From Azolla caroliniana (lineage: Eukaryota > Plantae > Polypodiophyta), in the NCBI GenBank assembly GCA_043228905.1, contig JBHGNT010000013.1:15438001-15502000 (forward strand): DNA of 64,000 nucleotides. The letters are read 5' to 3'. Positions within the stretch are counted from its first letter, which is position 1. Every line of letters starts with the position of its first letter. The notes beneath the pieces are model-generated. The model searched no databases. It saw only the letters and a list, made by a program, of their open reading frames with translations, and had not been told where the DNA came from. This document shows positions 1 to 19,094 of the stretch, piece after piece. The position numbers were made by a program, and so were the translations under genes.

Positions 1-479
1 TTCACCATAACCATAGAATTAACCGTAGTGTACTACATGCAAAAACAATCCATAAAAATCTTAGTTGGTATCGGATAATTATATTTCGAAATTTCCTTTG
101 CAATTATTTACAAGAAAATTTATCACTGAAGGGCATGGGCAATCCATGTTGAGGTGCAATGCATTAATGTCATTGTAACATGGTTTGCTAACCCTTTCCC
201 TTTTCTCTGTAGGATACTTTCAAAGAAAGGACAATTCACAAAAAGTTAACTTCACTCTTGTTGATGTCATACGTTCAAGTCTGAATATGGGCTGGGTCTA
301 AAACGATATATTGTTTCCAATTTTAGCCAAAGAGTTACTTCATTCATTCATGGATGGATACTGAACAAATCAGCAAGTACAGCAATTCCTATCCCATTCG
401 TGAAAAAAGATATCAAAGGCCTACTTTATCTTACAGGTCCAATTGTACATGGGGAATAGAGAAACATCTCAGAATATAC

Positions 480-6360
<5,881 letters not shown>

Positions 6361-7124
6361 GGTATTGGTGCTGTTGGGGGATCAAACCTCCTGGACTGGC
6401 TGCAGATTTAGTTAGTTATTACTGCAGACTTTGGATTTTGTTTTCTTTTTAATTGGGTTTCAAGCTTAAGAAGGCCTGAATTGAGAGTAGATCTTTGGTT
6501 GTTCCATGAGTTTTTGTTTTTGTTTTAAAAATGTTAGAAGAAGGAAGATCACCAACTTCATGGCACAAGGTTGTAATAGCACTAGTGTTTATTTACTTTT
6601 TGTTGAGGGGATGTATCAGTAGTATGTATGTGTGGTGGGACTATGGTTAAATGAATGCTCACTTTTTTCCTCACATCAATATACAATAACTTTAATCTAA
6701 AAGGGCAGCATTAAAATGCCAGCAACAAAAGACAAACGTGCAAATGAATGCGTGGTGTTGGAGTGTGGACCCATCCTCTTCCTCTATTGAGAGCAAAACC
6801 AAAGCCATGACATTATATCATGTTAATGTCCTTATAGGAGATAAATAGGTAGATGGATTTTACTATTGTCCAAAGAGGTTAAATATAATCACAAAGACAG
6901 CACACACACACAACAGTTAGAGCATCTGTGTGAAAGGTGAATGGAGTATTGATGAGATCGTTTTGATACATTGGAGCAAGTTGAAAATTTTTCCTCGGTG
7001 GAGTGTTCGTCTTGCCATATCCTACTGCTAACCCATATAGTTGTGACACTGTCACTTGTGATACCAATTGTATAATTTTTTGCACACATTTATTAATGTG
7101 ATTGTGCATGTGTATGCGCGTGGG

Positions 7125-7189
<65 letters not shown>

Positions 7190-8590
7190 GTATTTGCTAA
7201 TTGGAATGGACCAACATGAGACAAGGAAAAATGACGGAGACATGTTTACGAGTTGGCATTGACCTAGATGAGAGGGGGAGAAAGAGAGCCCTACTAATGA
7301 CCTATGTACTCAAAGGGTGCACTACTCAATACACATGCCAACATTTTGAGAGAAACCAAGAGCACAATATTACAAAAATACATTCACAAATATTAGATTA
7401 GATTTTTTCTTGTCAACCACAAGGAGGACAATTTTGACTAATGGGACGTAATAAATATATCATATTATATGTAACATTCTAATCACTAAACTCTTGAAGG
7501 AAATCCCTTGTTATCAACAATATTGAAGAACACATAGAACTCCTCATACACCACTTTGAATATATATATATATATATATATATATGGGAGAGAGAGAGAG
7601 AGAGAGAGAGAGAGCACATGCACGTATTGAGTTGAGTCTCTAGAAAGTCAACAAAGTTGGATTGATGTAGAAATCACACACTATTTTCTTCTTATGACAT
7701 GTTGTTACCTTGGAATATAATGTAGAGGATAATAGTATGGGGTATATGATTTTGATTCAATGATCAATTATGTCCAACACATTTTTAATTCTTTACGACG
7801 CCAAATAAGGAGAGTGCGAGCATGTAAAGCAAGAGTTTTTCTATGTATATTATTTTTTTGCATGGAATAAAAGTAGTTAGGGTAAGGAAATTTAATACCA
7901 TCCAACTATTCCAACCCATACATGTTTGGTGATCTTGTCAATTATTAGTCCTTACCACCTTTTTATAAATGTTGAGCTAATTATACAACTTTTTCAAGTT
8001 TCAACAATGTAATTTTATGTGCAAATGTTTGACAAGGTAGAAGTTGGAGAAATTGATGGAGGGCTATGAGAAAGTTGCATGGGTATATCACATGGGGGAA
8101 TGAATTGCAAATGTAGACCAACAACATTAATGGTGGTTGAACCCTTGCTAGAGATTTCGAATGCCACAATGGGAAAAGCATGTGTTGTGTTTGTACTAAC
8201 CCCTCGTCATAATACCTCGTATGAAGGCTAGATAGGTCGAAGTGACTTGACATATTTAGTATGTAGCTTCATGTAATACGAGCAATTCAATTGTCTTTAA
8301 AATGCATGTTGATTGATTTCAACTATCTCATTACATATATTGGTGCCAACGCCGTCACATCTAACATCACAACGTATAAGGAATTTTGTTTATTTAGAGG
8401 GATCACATCACATTCCAATCCCTTAGCATACTCATTAATATCACAAAACAACTATTCAAAATGTTTTAATATTTGTCGTATAAATACATAAGGTAATTCA
8501 ATTAGTTTCAAATACTCATCACAATCCATCATTATCATGATTTGCATAGTTTAGATTCATTGTTGCATATAGAATTATGTGGCACATAAG

Positions 8591-10776
8591 TGTTACGGGC
8601 ATAACCATATAATATCCCGTGGTGAGAATTTACCGTAGTATTCTTTACACTCTCGTTTAACCCTCACACTTATCCACGTGTATAGAATACTACGGTAAAT
8701 TCTCACCACGGGATATTATATGGTCATGCCCGTAAGACTACGTCGAGACTCTGTCTTGTGGTGGGTCAACTCTTGTAGCGAGCGCGCCAGCACTAGGTAC
8801 GACCCGACGCCATGACAGTGGTATGGGACGCCGATCGAGGCTCGAGTCCGTCTCGATCCCTTCGTTCGAGGGTGGTCGGGTGGATCGGCATCCTTCTTTC
8901 TCTCTCTCCTTTCTTTCTATCTACCTAGATCTATCCTTATCTAATGCTTACTTTAAAAAGGCTCCTTCACTTCTTTTACCCGATCCTTCAAAACCTTTTG
9001 AGGTTGAAACCGATGCAAGCGATTATGCTATAGGTGTTGTCTTATATCAAGATGGTAAACCAATAACATTCGAGAGTAAGAAACTTGATTCTGCTCAATG
9101 TTGGTATACCGTTCAAGAAAGGAATTATTTGCAGTTATACATGCGCTCAAAACATGGCGTCATTATCTTTATGGAAATTGCTTTGTGGTAACTACGGACC
9201 ACAAGTCCTTGAAACATTTTTGTGACCAACAAGACTTGAAAGGTCGTAAGGCACGATGGGCTGATCTCATCCAGGACTTCGATTTTTCCATACAATATCG
9301 TAAAGGTTCCATGAACACTGTCGTTGATGCACTAAGTCGCATCCGTGAAGTTAACATGCTTAGCTTCACTGAAATAACATCAGATCTTTATGATCACCTT
9401 CGAGGAAAGTATCCTGATGACAGTTATTTCGCAAAATATTGGGCAAGAGTTGAGTCTGGAACAGACACCACCACATCCTCGAAGGAATACTTCCACATTG
9501 CTAACCGTTTGCTCTACCATAATAGGAATGTTTGTGTTCCAGATTTACCCGAGGTCAAAAAGAGGATTCTTTTTGAATGCCATGATGCACCCTCAACAGG
9601 GCACCCTGGAATACATCGTACACTCGTTCTCATCTCCACTCAATTTATTGGCCTAAGATGCGCCCTGACATACGTAGTTATGTGACTAAATGTCACCAAT
9701 GTCAGGTTAACAAAGCCGAGTGACTTAAAGCCGCAAGGCTTTTACATCCCTTGGACATTCCCAACAATAAGTGGGAAAGTATATCCATGGATTTTATTGT
9801 TAGCCTTCCTCGCACCCAAAAAGGCCATGATGCCATCTAGGTTGTGGTTGATCGACTAACTAAAATGGCCAGATTTATTGCTACTAAAACCACGGTAACA
9901 ACTCCTAAATTGGCTTACCAATTCGTTGACGAATTATTTCATTTTTATGGGTTACCGATGGATATCGTGAGTGATCGAGATCCAAAATTTACTAGTGACT
10001 TCTGGACGCAAGTCTTTAAGAAGTTAGAAACTACGTTGAGCATGAGCTCCATGGATCATCCTCAATCCGATGGACAAACAGAACGAGTAAATCAAATTAT
10101 TGAGGACATGCTTCGAGCATATGTTGGTGCAAAACCAACAAAATGGGAATGTTATCTCCCAATTTTGGAGTTTGCTTATAACAACTCCAAGCATACGTCG
10201 ATGGGATATAGTCCTTTTATGTTGATGTATGGTTTTCAGCCACGAGCCCCGATTGATGTTAATATACATCATGATGAGTTGCGAAGTACGCAAAACTTTC
10301 TTCGGGATATGCAAGATATGTTGCATATTGCACGAGATAATATAAAAACAGCTCAAGATAGAGCCCGTTTTTATGCCGATCATCATAGCCAACCTCGTGT
10401 ATTCAACCCTGGACATAAGGTATTTTTACGTGTACCTCACAATTCTAAGACATTGTCTACAGGTAAGTGCGCTAAGTTAGCCCCACGGTTTTGTGGACCT
10501 TTTACAGTCCTCAAACGCATTGGGTCATCAGCCTATCGTCTCGCTCTTCCCGATGGTGTTGGAATTCATCCAGTCTTTCATGTGAGTCGTTTAAAAGAAC
10601 TTCTAGGTTCTGGCGACAATACAATTACACTGTTGTTTAACCCTCACACTTATCCACGTGTATAGAATACTACGGTAAATTCTTTACACTCTCGTTTAAC
10701 CCTCACACTTATCCACGTGTATAGAATACTACGGTAAATTCTCACCACGGGATATTATATGGTCATGGCCATAACA
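8591..10776 (+). mobile_element. Rearranged Gypsy derivative (RNase H-integrase segment) bounded by inverted LTR U3 ends
   Basis: Starts TGTTACGGGC and ends GGCCATAACA. RNase H (ETDASDYAIG) and integrase (VSDRDPKF, HPQSDGQTER, GPF) are near-identical to the 18636-34344 element. Flanks are ATAAG and GTAAG. Confidence 0.9.
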
Positions 10777-11392
10777 GTAAGGGATGAGAATGAAGGAACT
10801 AGGGGGAGTGTGAATGGTCAACAAATGTAAATTCAAGGTGGAAAATATAAGGTTGCATGTGCATGTGATTTAGTGCTCACACTTGTGAAGCAAATAGAGT
10901 GGATCAAGTGCATATACCATGTGCCAATAACTATACTTGCATTAAAGAGAGGACTTGTGAATGTGGTAAGGGTCCCGTCGCAATTACATATTCATTTTAG
11001 AACCCAAGCGTCCAAATCCTAAGAATGAAAAGCCATGAACCATGTGTTGAGGGCATTAGCATAGTGGGATCCACTTTGTTTATTGATTGGGATAGAGCGA
11101 GAGAGAGTTATGTGAGGAAAACTTCAAAGAGGGGATGTTATCTATAGTCGTAATCATAATTCTCTCATATGAACTCCAATTTGAGCAACGTATAGTTGGA
11201 GTGAATCATGTTAAGAGGGCTACATATTCATACAAAAAACATGATCGTCATAGGCCAAGAGAGTATGTCTGTCAACAATTACACTTTCAATATAACTCCT
11301 TGTGACTCACCCATCTTGATTGATACGAGAGTACACAAGGAAAAGATGGTACATATATGTAGAAGAGGATTATCATAGTGGTTTGGTTTGTT

Positions 11393-11440
11393 GAGAAATG
11401 CTAGAAACACCGGGTCATTTAGAAAAGGTAATATGTCGCA
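11393..11440 (+). repeat. Left TIR of the Sola-like element
   Basis: GAGAAATGCTAGAAACACCGGGTCATTTAGAAAAGGTAATATGTCGCA, an inverted match to 34915-34960. Confidence 0.8.
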
Positions 11441-12246
11441 TTCCTTTATTGATAAATACATGAGATGTCAAGAATTACAATTTTTTAACAAACTTTCAAG
11501 AATGTATCACGCATGTGCACATGACTTTTAAAAACATCAATAAAAAACACAGTTAATATTATAAAGATTTCAAATTTAACCTGTATTTCTCAATTCATAC
11601 ACATATTTAGCCAGACATTCGCTTGGATTATGAGAATGCTTTCAACTATCATTGTAATATGCTTCATTTTACATAATGTTGAATTTGAATCCAACCGAAC
11701 AATTTTAGAAACACAAATTTAATGCTATATTTCTCTCTAACTCCTATAAAGCTTGTTATATTAAATGAGCAAATTGCATTTTTGGGTATAATTAGACACA
11801 TATTCACAAGTGAACATCACATTATATACCTCATATGCCCAAAAACTTCTACAAACATTATATCCCAACCATATGTGAACAACCTAAATGTAAGATCAAG
11901 TGAGCAACAATGTTGACTTAATATTATCTGACACTCGAAACTAAATAACCAAGATTAAAGAGCCGAGAAATCCTAGAATAAAGCTAAATTCAATTATATT
12001 AATAAAGAAACAATTATAACCAACATTAGTCATACAATCGATAAGTTCATCATCATCTATTCAATAAAAATTATACTTAACAACCACATACTTTGCGAGT
12101 CAACCAATACAAATATATGATAGAAAATTAAAGTTTGCAAACCAATCAGATAGTATAAAGAAATGGTACTCAAACAAAATAATCTTATATTCCAAAACAA
12201 GTTTAGTGTTACAATTTTATAGTTACAAATACAAACTAATATACAA

Positions 12247-15200
12247 TCACTCCATTAGGAGGTCTGGAACAGGCTGCTCTCCAAGATTAGCTGATAGTGG
12301 TGCTACATCAACATGTTTTGTCTCCTCAGTTGAATCTTGTATATGATTAGAACCCGATGCATCTTCAAGGTCGACAAGGTCGCCTCCTTCCTCGTCTATA
12401 GGTTCCATCGGCTCTCTAGAGGCCCTCTAAAACATCTCTGTTTCATTGATATGCTTTGCCCCAACCTCTTGGTCTTGGTCGGGACAATCCCAGATGCCTT
12501 GGATCCTCATCTTGATAAAATTGACTTGGTCGAGGTCCTTTTCTAATGCGACGCAATTCCTGAACAATGTAAGAGTACATGCAATCGTCGTTCCTAAATA
12601 AACAATCACACATACAAAAGTAAGAAAACAGGACAAGAAAGAATATTTCATTTAAAAAAAAATTGATGAAACCGATGAGATTACCTGTTCCAGAAAATAA
12701 GTTGAGAACCCAATCATCAGGGTTCGAGAACAACTCGAATAATCGATTAATCAATCGTTGGGGCTTTTGATAAGGGTTTACTAAACTCTTATCGCCAGAC
12801 ACGTGGTGCAATTTCTTCGTTACAACTGGGCACATGATATAGTTGACAACGTTCCGCTCATTAACATGTGTCAGAGCCTTCTTCTTAGAAATTGCGTCGT
12901 AGTAGCCCATGCACATGTGCTCCACAACACACACCATTCGATCAGCCGAGGTACGAGTTATGTTCGTTTTAACCCTATTGTATAATTGAATCGAAACAAG
13001 TTAATAAATATGTAGTAAGAAACATAGAATCCATACGTTAAATATATAGTAACATAATGCTTACCAATGCATATGTTCGGTGGCATGGCATCTCCACTTC
13101 AATGCAGTCGTGACCGATAATGCCCGACCCATACTGTGAAATATAACAATACGCCATAATGGTGCCTGGGCTAGCTCCGCAAAAGTCCTTAACCATCTTC
13201 TCTATTTGCGGATATTTGTATGGCACATTGTCGTATGTCGAACCTGATATTCTGAAGCCATACGATATATCCGCCATGTCACCATTATATACACTATAAT
13301 ACAATTGTCGGAAAGGATCACTCTTGTGCAAAAAGCTTTTTACAGTATCTGAGTCCTCAAGCACCTTGAGCTCCTTTCCTTTTGTCATTCGTTTCTCGTA
13401 TTTAGCTTGTTCCAAATGGGTGATGAAGGTGCTAGGTATGCCTTAATTGCTATCACTATTATTCTTTGAACGAGGTGGTTTCTGTAATTATAAATTTTGT
13501 AAGAAGAAACCCATTATCCAAAAATCAATTAATATTTGTAGAACATACATACCCATTCTCTAAACACGATAAAGAATTCTTCAAGAGCCTTGTAAGATGA
13601 TGTTTTTGGGCAAGATTCTTCCACTTCTTCCCACGTAGACAGGGACAATTTTTTCATCATCAGCTCTTGAATCTTCATATACACCTTATGGCTAAAAAAC
13701 AAAAGAAACTAAAATTAGAATAAAGAAGAAATCAACAAAGCAACAAAGCAATCAAATCAAAATGATACATGCACATATATGACTCACTTTTGAAACTCTG
13801 TGACCATTTCGTTAAGGCTAAACTCCTTGGCAACCACTCTTGATAATATAGATATCAATAATATGTCATCCTTAATTCCTTGTAGTGACCGCCAAGGAAG
13901 TAGCTTCATATCTTCGGCTAACTCTTCAATTACTAAGTCACTTTTACGTGACTTAGATTTCATCTCCACCTGTGGGTCGAGCTTAGCCTTCTTTAATTTT
14001 TGAACCTTTATTTCTTTATGCTCCCACATACTAAAAATGCGATCTTGGACGTCTCACACCTCCCATGTTCTAAAGGCAAGTTGAAACCATGAGTCAGATT
14101 TTCTCAGGCCTTCAGACTTGGTGCTTTCGTCAACTGATATCCCCACTTCAAGCAGACATTGTCGTCGCAATCCAGGATGCAGCCGAGGACCAAATTTTTG
14201 CAGTGCATCAAGGTACTCGTGATGGAAGAACCGGATGCGCTCGATACATGACATCTTTTGTCTATAGTCATTATCGTTATGATCCCAAGCTAACAACTTG
14301 GCTTCTTCATGTGTAAGGCTTGCACACACTTTACATTCTGCATACTTGAAGAAAAGGGTAAGAGGATAATCCTTGACCAGTTGACGTCGGGCTTTAGCAG
14401 AGTGGGATCCTCCAATCACATAGTATGTGTAGTCATTTGCCGAACTGTACTTGAAGTCAACAACAGTAGGGCATTGATCTGGGTCGACCATTACTAAGAA
14501 TGGCACTACAGTCACATGTGGATTAATCTTCATTTTGCTTTTTAAGTTCTGCACATGCACTGAATGTGGCTCTCTAATTTCTATAGCCCGTCTTCCTGTC
14601 TTCGGATCGATGGGTGGCCGTTGAATAGAGCAGATTGGTAAGTGAAATAATTTTCCATTACGGACAAGCTTCGTCTTTACAATATTTTCTCTGATCCGGT
14701 TCTGCTCTAAGGTGAGTATCCCCGATGAAATGTGCCCCCCTAGAGGAATAACTTCGAGCTCGGCTTCTTCCTCCTCATCTTCTACAAACTCGAGGACCTC
14801 TGACTCGTCCTCTTCTGGTTGCTGCCTTTTCTTGTACTTCTTATGTTCCGGTTTGGACTTCTTGGTAGACTTTGGTGGGGTTGTTGCTTGTGTGACCATC
14901 AACTCTCCCTTAATGTACGGGCGCAAAGCAACAATCAAGTTGTTTTTTGTCTGAACATCCTTTTTTAGGGCTTTAGGGTGGCAGGAGTTAGTTATGAAAT
15001 TACGTTCATCGATCTTGATTCTACGAAACCCCACCGAGCTATCAACATCGAAGAAGAGGTTCGATGAGTCGTTGTCTTCATATTCGATGCTCCGTACGTA
15101 GCCGTAGGTGAATGTCTTTCCCATCTGCAACTTGCCTTCACCTTTAGGCTTTGCAAGATTAAGAAGCATGTCCCCTTCTTCCTCACTATAGATCAATGTC

Positions 15201-15340
15201 CACTCCACATCGGGGTAGCTCTTCAAGCGAGGCTCCCCACTCTTTTCGCCTAAAGTCTTCGGCGTGTTACTGACAAAAGACTTTGAAGTGTCGTCACCTC
15301 CTGACTCAATAAATGCTTTACGAGAATCAACTTTCATCAT
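12247..15340 (-). pseudogene. ParB/Srx-like domain fused to a beta-class N4C/N6A DNA methyltransferase. Exons: 15340-13788, 13691-13553, 13481-13065, 12974-12685, 12593-12247
   Basis: ParB-like core IREP..HV..LK..YYVIGGSHS..A (around 14400-14650). MTase motifs in beta order: ADISYG (motif IV, 13260-13271), W-K, NPYQKPQRLINRLFELFSNPDDWVLNLFSGTG/TT (motifs X and I), RNCVALEKD (motif II). Four short GT-AG introns. Three premature stops and two homopolymer frameshifts. Confidence 0.82.
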
Positions 15341-15736
15341 GCTATCAGAAGGTCTTTTTGTTGGTGATGGATATTATTATTTTTTCCAAAAAATGGTGAT
15401 GGAAATTTTAGTTTGAAGGTCTAAAAACAACAAGTCAGGACACAAGGATATAACAATAATGTTAATAATAAACAATATAGACCTCTTAACTAAGGTAAAA
15501 ATTAGCGAAAATCATACGTTTTTGTATAGAATGTTACATAAAAATATTGAAGAAATAGACCAAAAAATAGCAAAAAATTTGACCAAATCTGATTTATTGA
15601 TCATGAAAATCCCATTTTTCAACGAGAACTCCCTGCATTGCATCGAGTTCTCATTGAAAGGGATACACCTCGATTATGGAAGCAAAAAATGAATAAAACA
15701 AAAAAGAATCTTTAAGGAATCTTTTTTGAATCTAAA

Positions 15737-16206
15737 ATGTTGGGTTGGAAAACATACCTGGCAATTTTCTTTCCCTTGTTCATGTTGATGTTGAAGACGT
15801 TGACTTCATGTTGATGAGAAATAGAAGATGACTTCCCTTTATATAATTTGTTTTGCCTATTTTCAAAAATATTTTAAAAAAAAATAATTTTAATTATTAA
15901 AAAAAAAATAAAAAATATTTTTTTGGACATGGTGCTTATTATAGAACCATGTTGGGTTGGAAAACATACCTGAAAATTTTCTTTCCCTTGTTCATGTTGA
16001 TGTCAGAGATGTTGGCTTGACCTGGGAGGCGAAAACTCGACGATTTTGGTTGGTAAGTGTTCTTGTGCTCTTCTTATGCTTGAACGTGATAATGAGAAAT
16101 AGAAGATGAATTCCCTTTATATAATTTGTTTTGCCTATTTTCAAAAATATTTTTAATTATTAATTTTTTTTTAATATTTTGGACATGGTGCTTATTATAG
16201 AACCAA
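15737..16206. promoter_or_regulatory. Tandemly duplicated ~210 bp divergent promoter region between the MTase and transposase genes
   Basis: ATGTTGGGTTGGAAAACATACCTG..GTGCTTATTATAGAACC occurs twice. Each copy has a minus-strand TATATAAA and a CAG/GTATGT donor. A candidate 5' UTR intron acceptor lies at 15421. Confidence 0.6.
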
Positions 16207-16254
16207 GACTGTGCCTATTTGGGACATTGTTTGTGTTACTTAGCCTTGAGCAAA

Positions 16255-18635
16255 ATGTTCTCAAAGTCAAGTGAAAATTCGTTGTTTTCTATTGAACCTG
16301 TTATATTATTTGATAACTCCTTATTCTCAATCGAGGAATATAGCCATGTTAAGACCAACAACGATCAAGAGCAAAGCTCGACGTCAATTTTTTCGATAGT
16401 GCCATTAAACTTAGGTAAAACAAGATATATTAAAGTAGATACAACTCATGTCAAGTCTAGTTTATCGAATGCTAACGAAGACTGTGTCAATAAGCCTCTA
16501 AATTTTCAAAGAGTTCCTCGACAAATGAATGTTAAACGATATAATTTTTTGTGTTCGGATCGACAAATTTCAATTGACATATGCAAGGTATGTTGTGGGA
16601 GCCTTTGTCTATCAAAATTTGGAAAGGCAAACTTGTGGGGTTGTGACAAAAGTATTTGTCTCTCAATGGCGACGGACAAGATGCATTCTTGATTGCCAAT
16701 ATGCAACTTGTTAAGGACCATCTGGCAGTGTCGTGGTCTCCACAGGTGGAATATTACCTTTCACTTACTATGAAGAGTTGTCGAGTTGCTTTTAAAATTG
16801 CTTATAGAATCGAAAACATGAGGGTACAGAGAATTCAACATTGATTACTGATGGGGTGGTGGGTGCCTTTCAACAATACAAAATCTTCATGTAAGGGCCT
16901 GATTGGGCGACATGCTATTAGATGGATGGAGATTTATTTCTCGAAGCAATGTGATGTTATGCCCACCACTGGAAGGTTACATTTGTCAAATAACTTCACT
17001 CGTCGTGAGGTATACCAAGCCTATAAGGATGAAATGTTATTGGAAAGTGTACCTTATATACAATATCAATATTTTAATCGTTTATGGAGATCGAAGTTTA
17101 ACAATGTGGTCATACCCCGCAAGGTCTGGATGGGTGTTTGTTCGATCTGCATGAGTTTAAAAAGCTTGACAAAGAGTGGGACAACAAATGAAGAAATAAC
17201 AAAATATAAGACTTTATTGAGAGAGCATCGAGAAAGCCAAGCGTTGGAAAGATCTAAAGCTATGCACCATCGTCAAAAAGCGCTTCAATCGCTAGAAAGA
17301 TGCATGTGCTTGATTATAGATGGGATGGATCAGAAGAAAACTTGTTTGCCACATTTTCGAAGGTTGCCCAAGGATATTGGAGATGAATGCCTGTGCAAAT
17401 GCACTTAGTAGGATGTATTTTGTATTGTCAGACAATAAGGCCTCAAGTGTTCTTAACTTATCAAAATATCCACAACGACCCTAATCTTACAGTTACAGTC
17501 ATGCAAAGAGTTCTATGGAGTTGGCAAGGTTTACTCCCACCAGTACTCTATACTTGCAATTTGACAACACGGCGAGAGAAAACAAGAACTCAATTGTGTT
17601 TGGTTACCTGAGCATGTTAGTAGACAAGGGTATTTTCATACACATGATCACATAGATCAAATGTTTAGTAGGTTCTCCAAGAAATTAGCGAGGTGCAATG
17701 CTTTCACACTTCCTGTGCTATCAAGTTTGATCGCTAAAGCTTATATCCCCAAGCCAGATGTGCAACATCTAGATGAAGTATATGATTTCAAGCGCTTTTG
17801 TTTGGATGGTGATGGGACTGGATGTAGGGTTCTTGCTCCGCTTAATAATATAAGTTTTAACCATGTCTTCCTCATCCAAAAAAGTGTGGTCGGTCACAAC
17901 CAAACCATGTTGTATGCCAAACAATACTCATATAGTTCTCAATGGGAGCCACAAGACGGATGTAGGCTCTTATTGCATTTCCCAGATGCAATAATCTATG
18001 GTGTTGAGCAAATGCCCTATGACGACCATAAAAGATTGGTTGTTGGTAGTTCAATTGAAGAGAAAAAGATATATTGGATGCGCTGCCTTGAGGGAAAATA
18101 GAAAAATATTGAGCGAACCAAAAAGTACGTTGGTGATCATGATGTGTATTGGTGGGATGTCTTCTTTAATCATCAACATACAATATTAGATAACCACTTT
18201 ATAGGGTGCTGGACACTACAAAATCAATTCGAATGGGCGCTTGGTGGCCCATCAATGGCAAGCACAACTCCTTTACAACCACTAGATAATCTTGAATTGA
18301 ATAATCTAGTTCATCCACGAGACAAAGAGATATTTACGTGGGACCAAGATTATCACATGATGTAGAGGCGAGGTGGCAAGGAAATCTACATGAGCTACAA
18401 GTTGGTATGTTGGTTGCAACATTAGCTGGGGGTGATAAGTTGGGCCATCCCTTCTGGATTGCCAAAATCATTCAAATTATTAAGGATGATGAAGGCAATC
18501 AAGTAAAGTCTATTATGGTTCATTGGTATCATACCTCTTTCAAAGATGCATTTACTAGGAAGTACTCTTTAGAGATGGTTAAGGATGTCGAAGGCACAAG
18601 TAGAAAGCGAAGAAGAAAGAATCTATCAAGCACAT
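16255..18635 (+). pseudogene. Sola-like (DUF7869-type) DDD transposase, 5' part, frameshifted
   Basis: CxxC (CSIC) followed by H, then IIDGMDQKKTCLPH (D at 17319), LYLQFDNTARENKN (D at 17563) and HTHDHIDQMFS (about 17637-17669). Several frameshifts and a short deletion before HTHD. Confidence 0.8.
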
Positions 18636-19094
18636 TTTTAGAGACATGACCTAATGTAAGCATTAGATAAGGATAGAATATAGATAGATAGATAGAAGGG
18701 AGAGAGAGAAAGAAGGGTGCCGATCCACCCGACCACCCCCGAGCGAAGGGATCGAGATGGACTCGAGCCTCGATCGGCGTCCCATACCACCGCCGTGGCG
18801 TCGAGTCGTACCTGGTGCTAGCGCGCTCGCTATATGAGTTGACCCACCACAAGACACAGTCTCAATGTAGTCAACAAGATGCTCAAATGAGGGTCGCTAG
18901 GCCTCTTATTTATAGTGATACCCAAGGCCCCTAGGCAAGTTCACACTTGGCCTAATGGGTTGTCTCAATCCCGAGGATTAAAAGAAATCCTCCCCTTCTT
19001 TACACTCTCGTTTAACCCTCACACTTATCCACGTGTATAGAGTACTACGGTAAATTCTCACCACAGGATATTATATGGTCATGCCTGTAACATA

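Noticed and set aside
7050-7400. PBS-like TGGTATCAC next to a possible old LTR upstream of ALDH3
   Set aside because: Mismatch to the iMet PBS, and no partner LTR, TSD or coding remnant.
10800-11270. Very decayed Copia gag/protease-like trace on the minus strand
   Set aside because: Too degenerate to delimit or support.
12247-15340. Bacterial contamination as the source of the methyltransferase
   Set aside because: The gene has spliceosomal GT-AG introns and lies within TIRs contiguous with plant retrotransposons.
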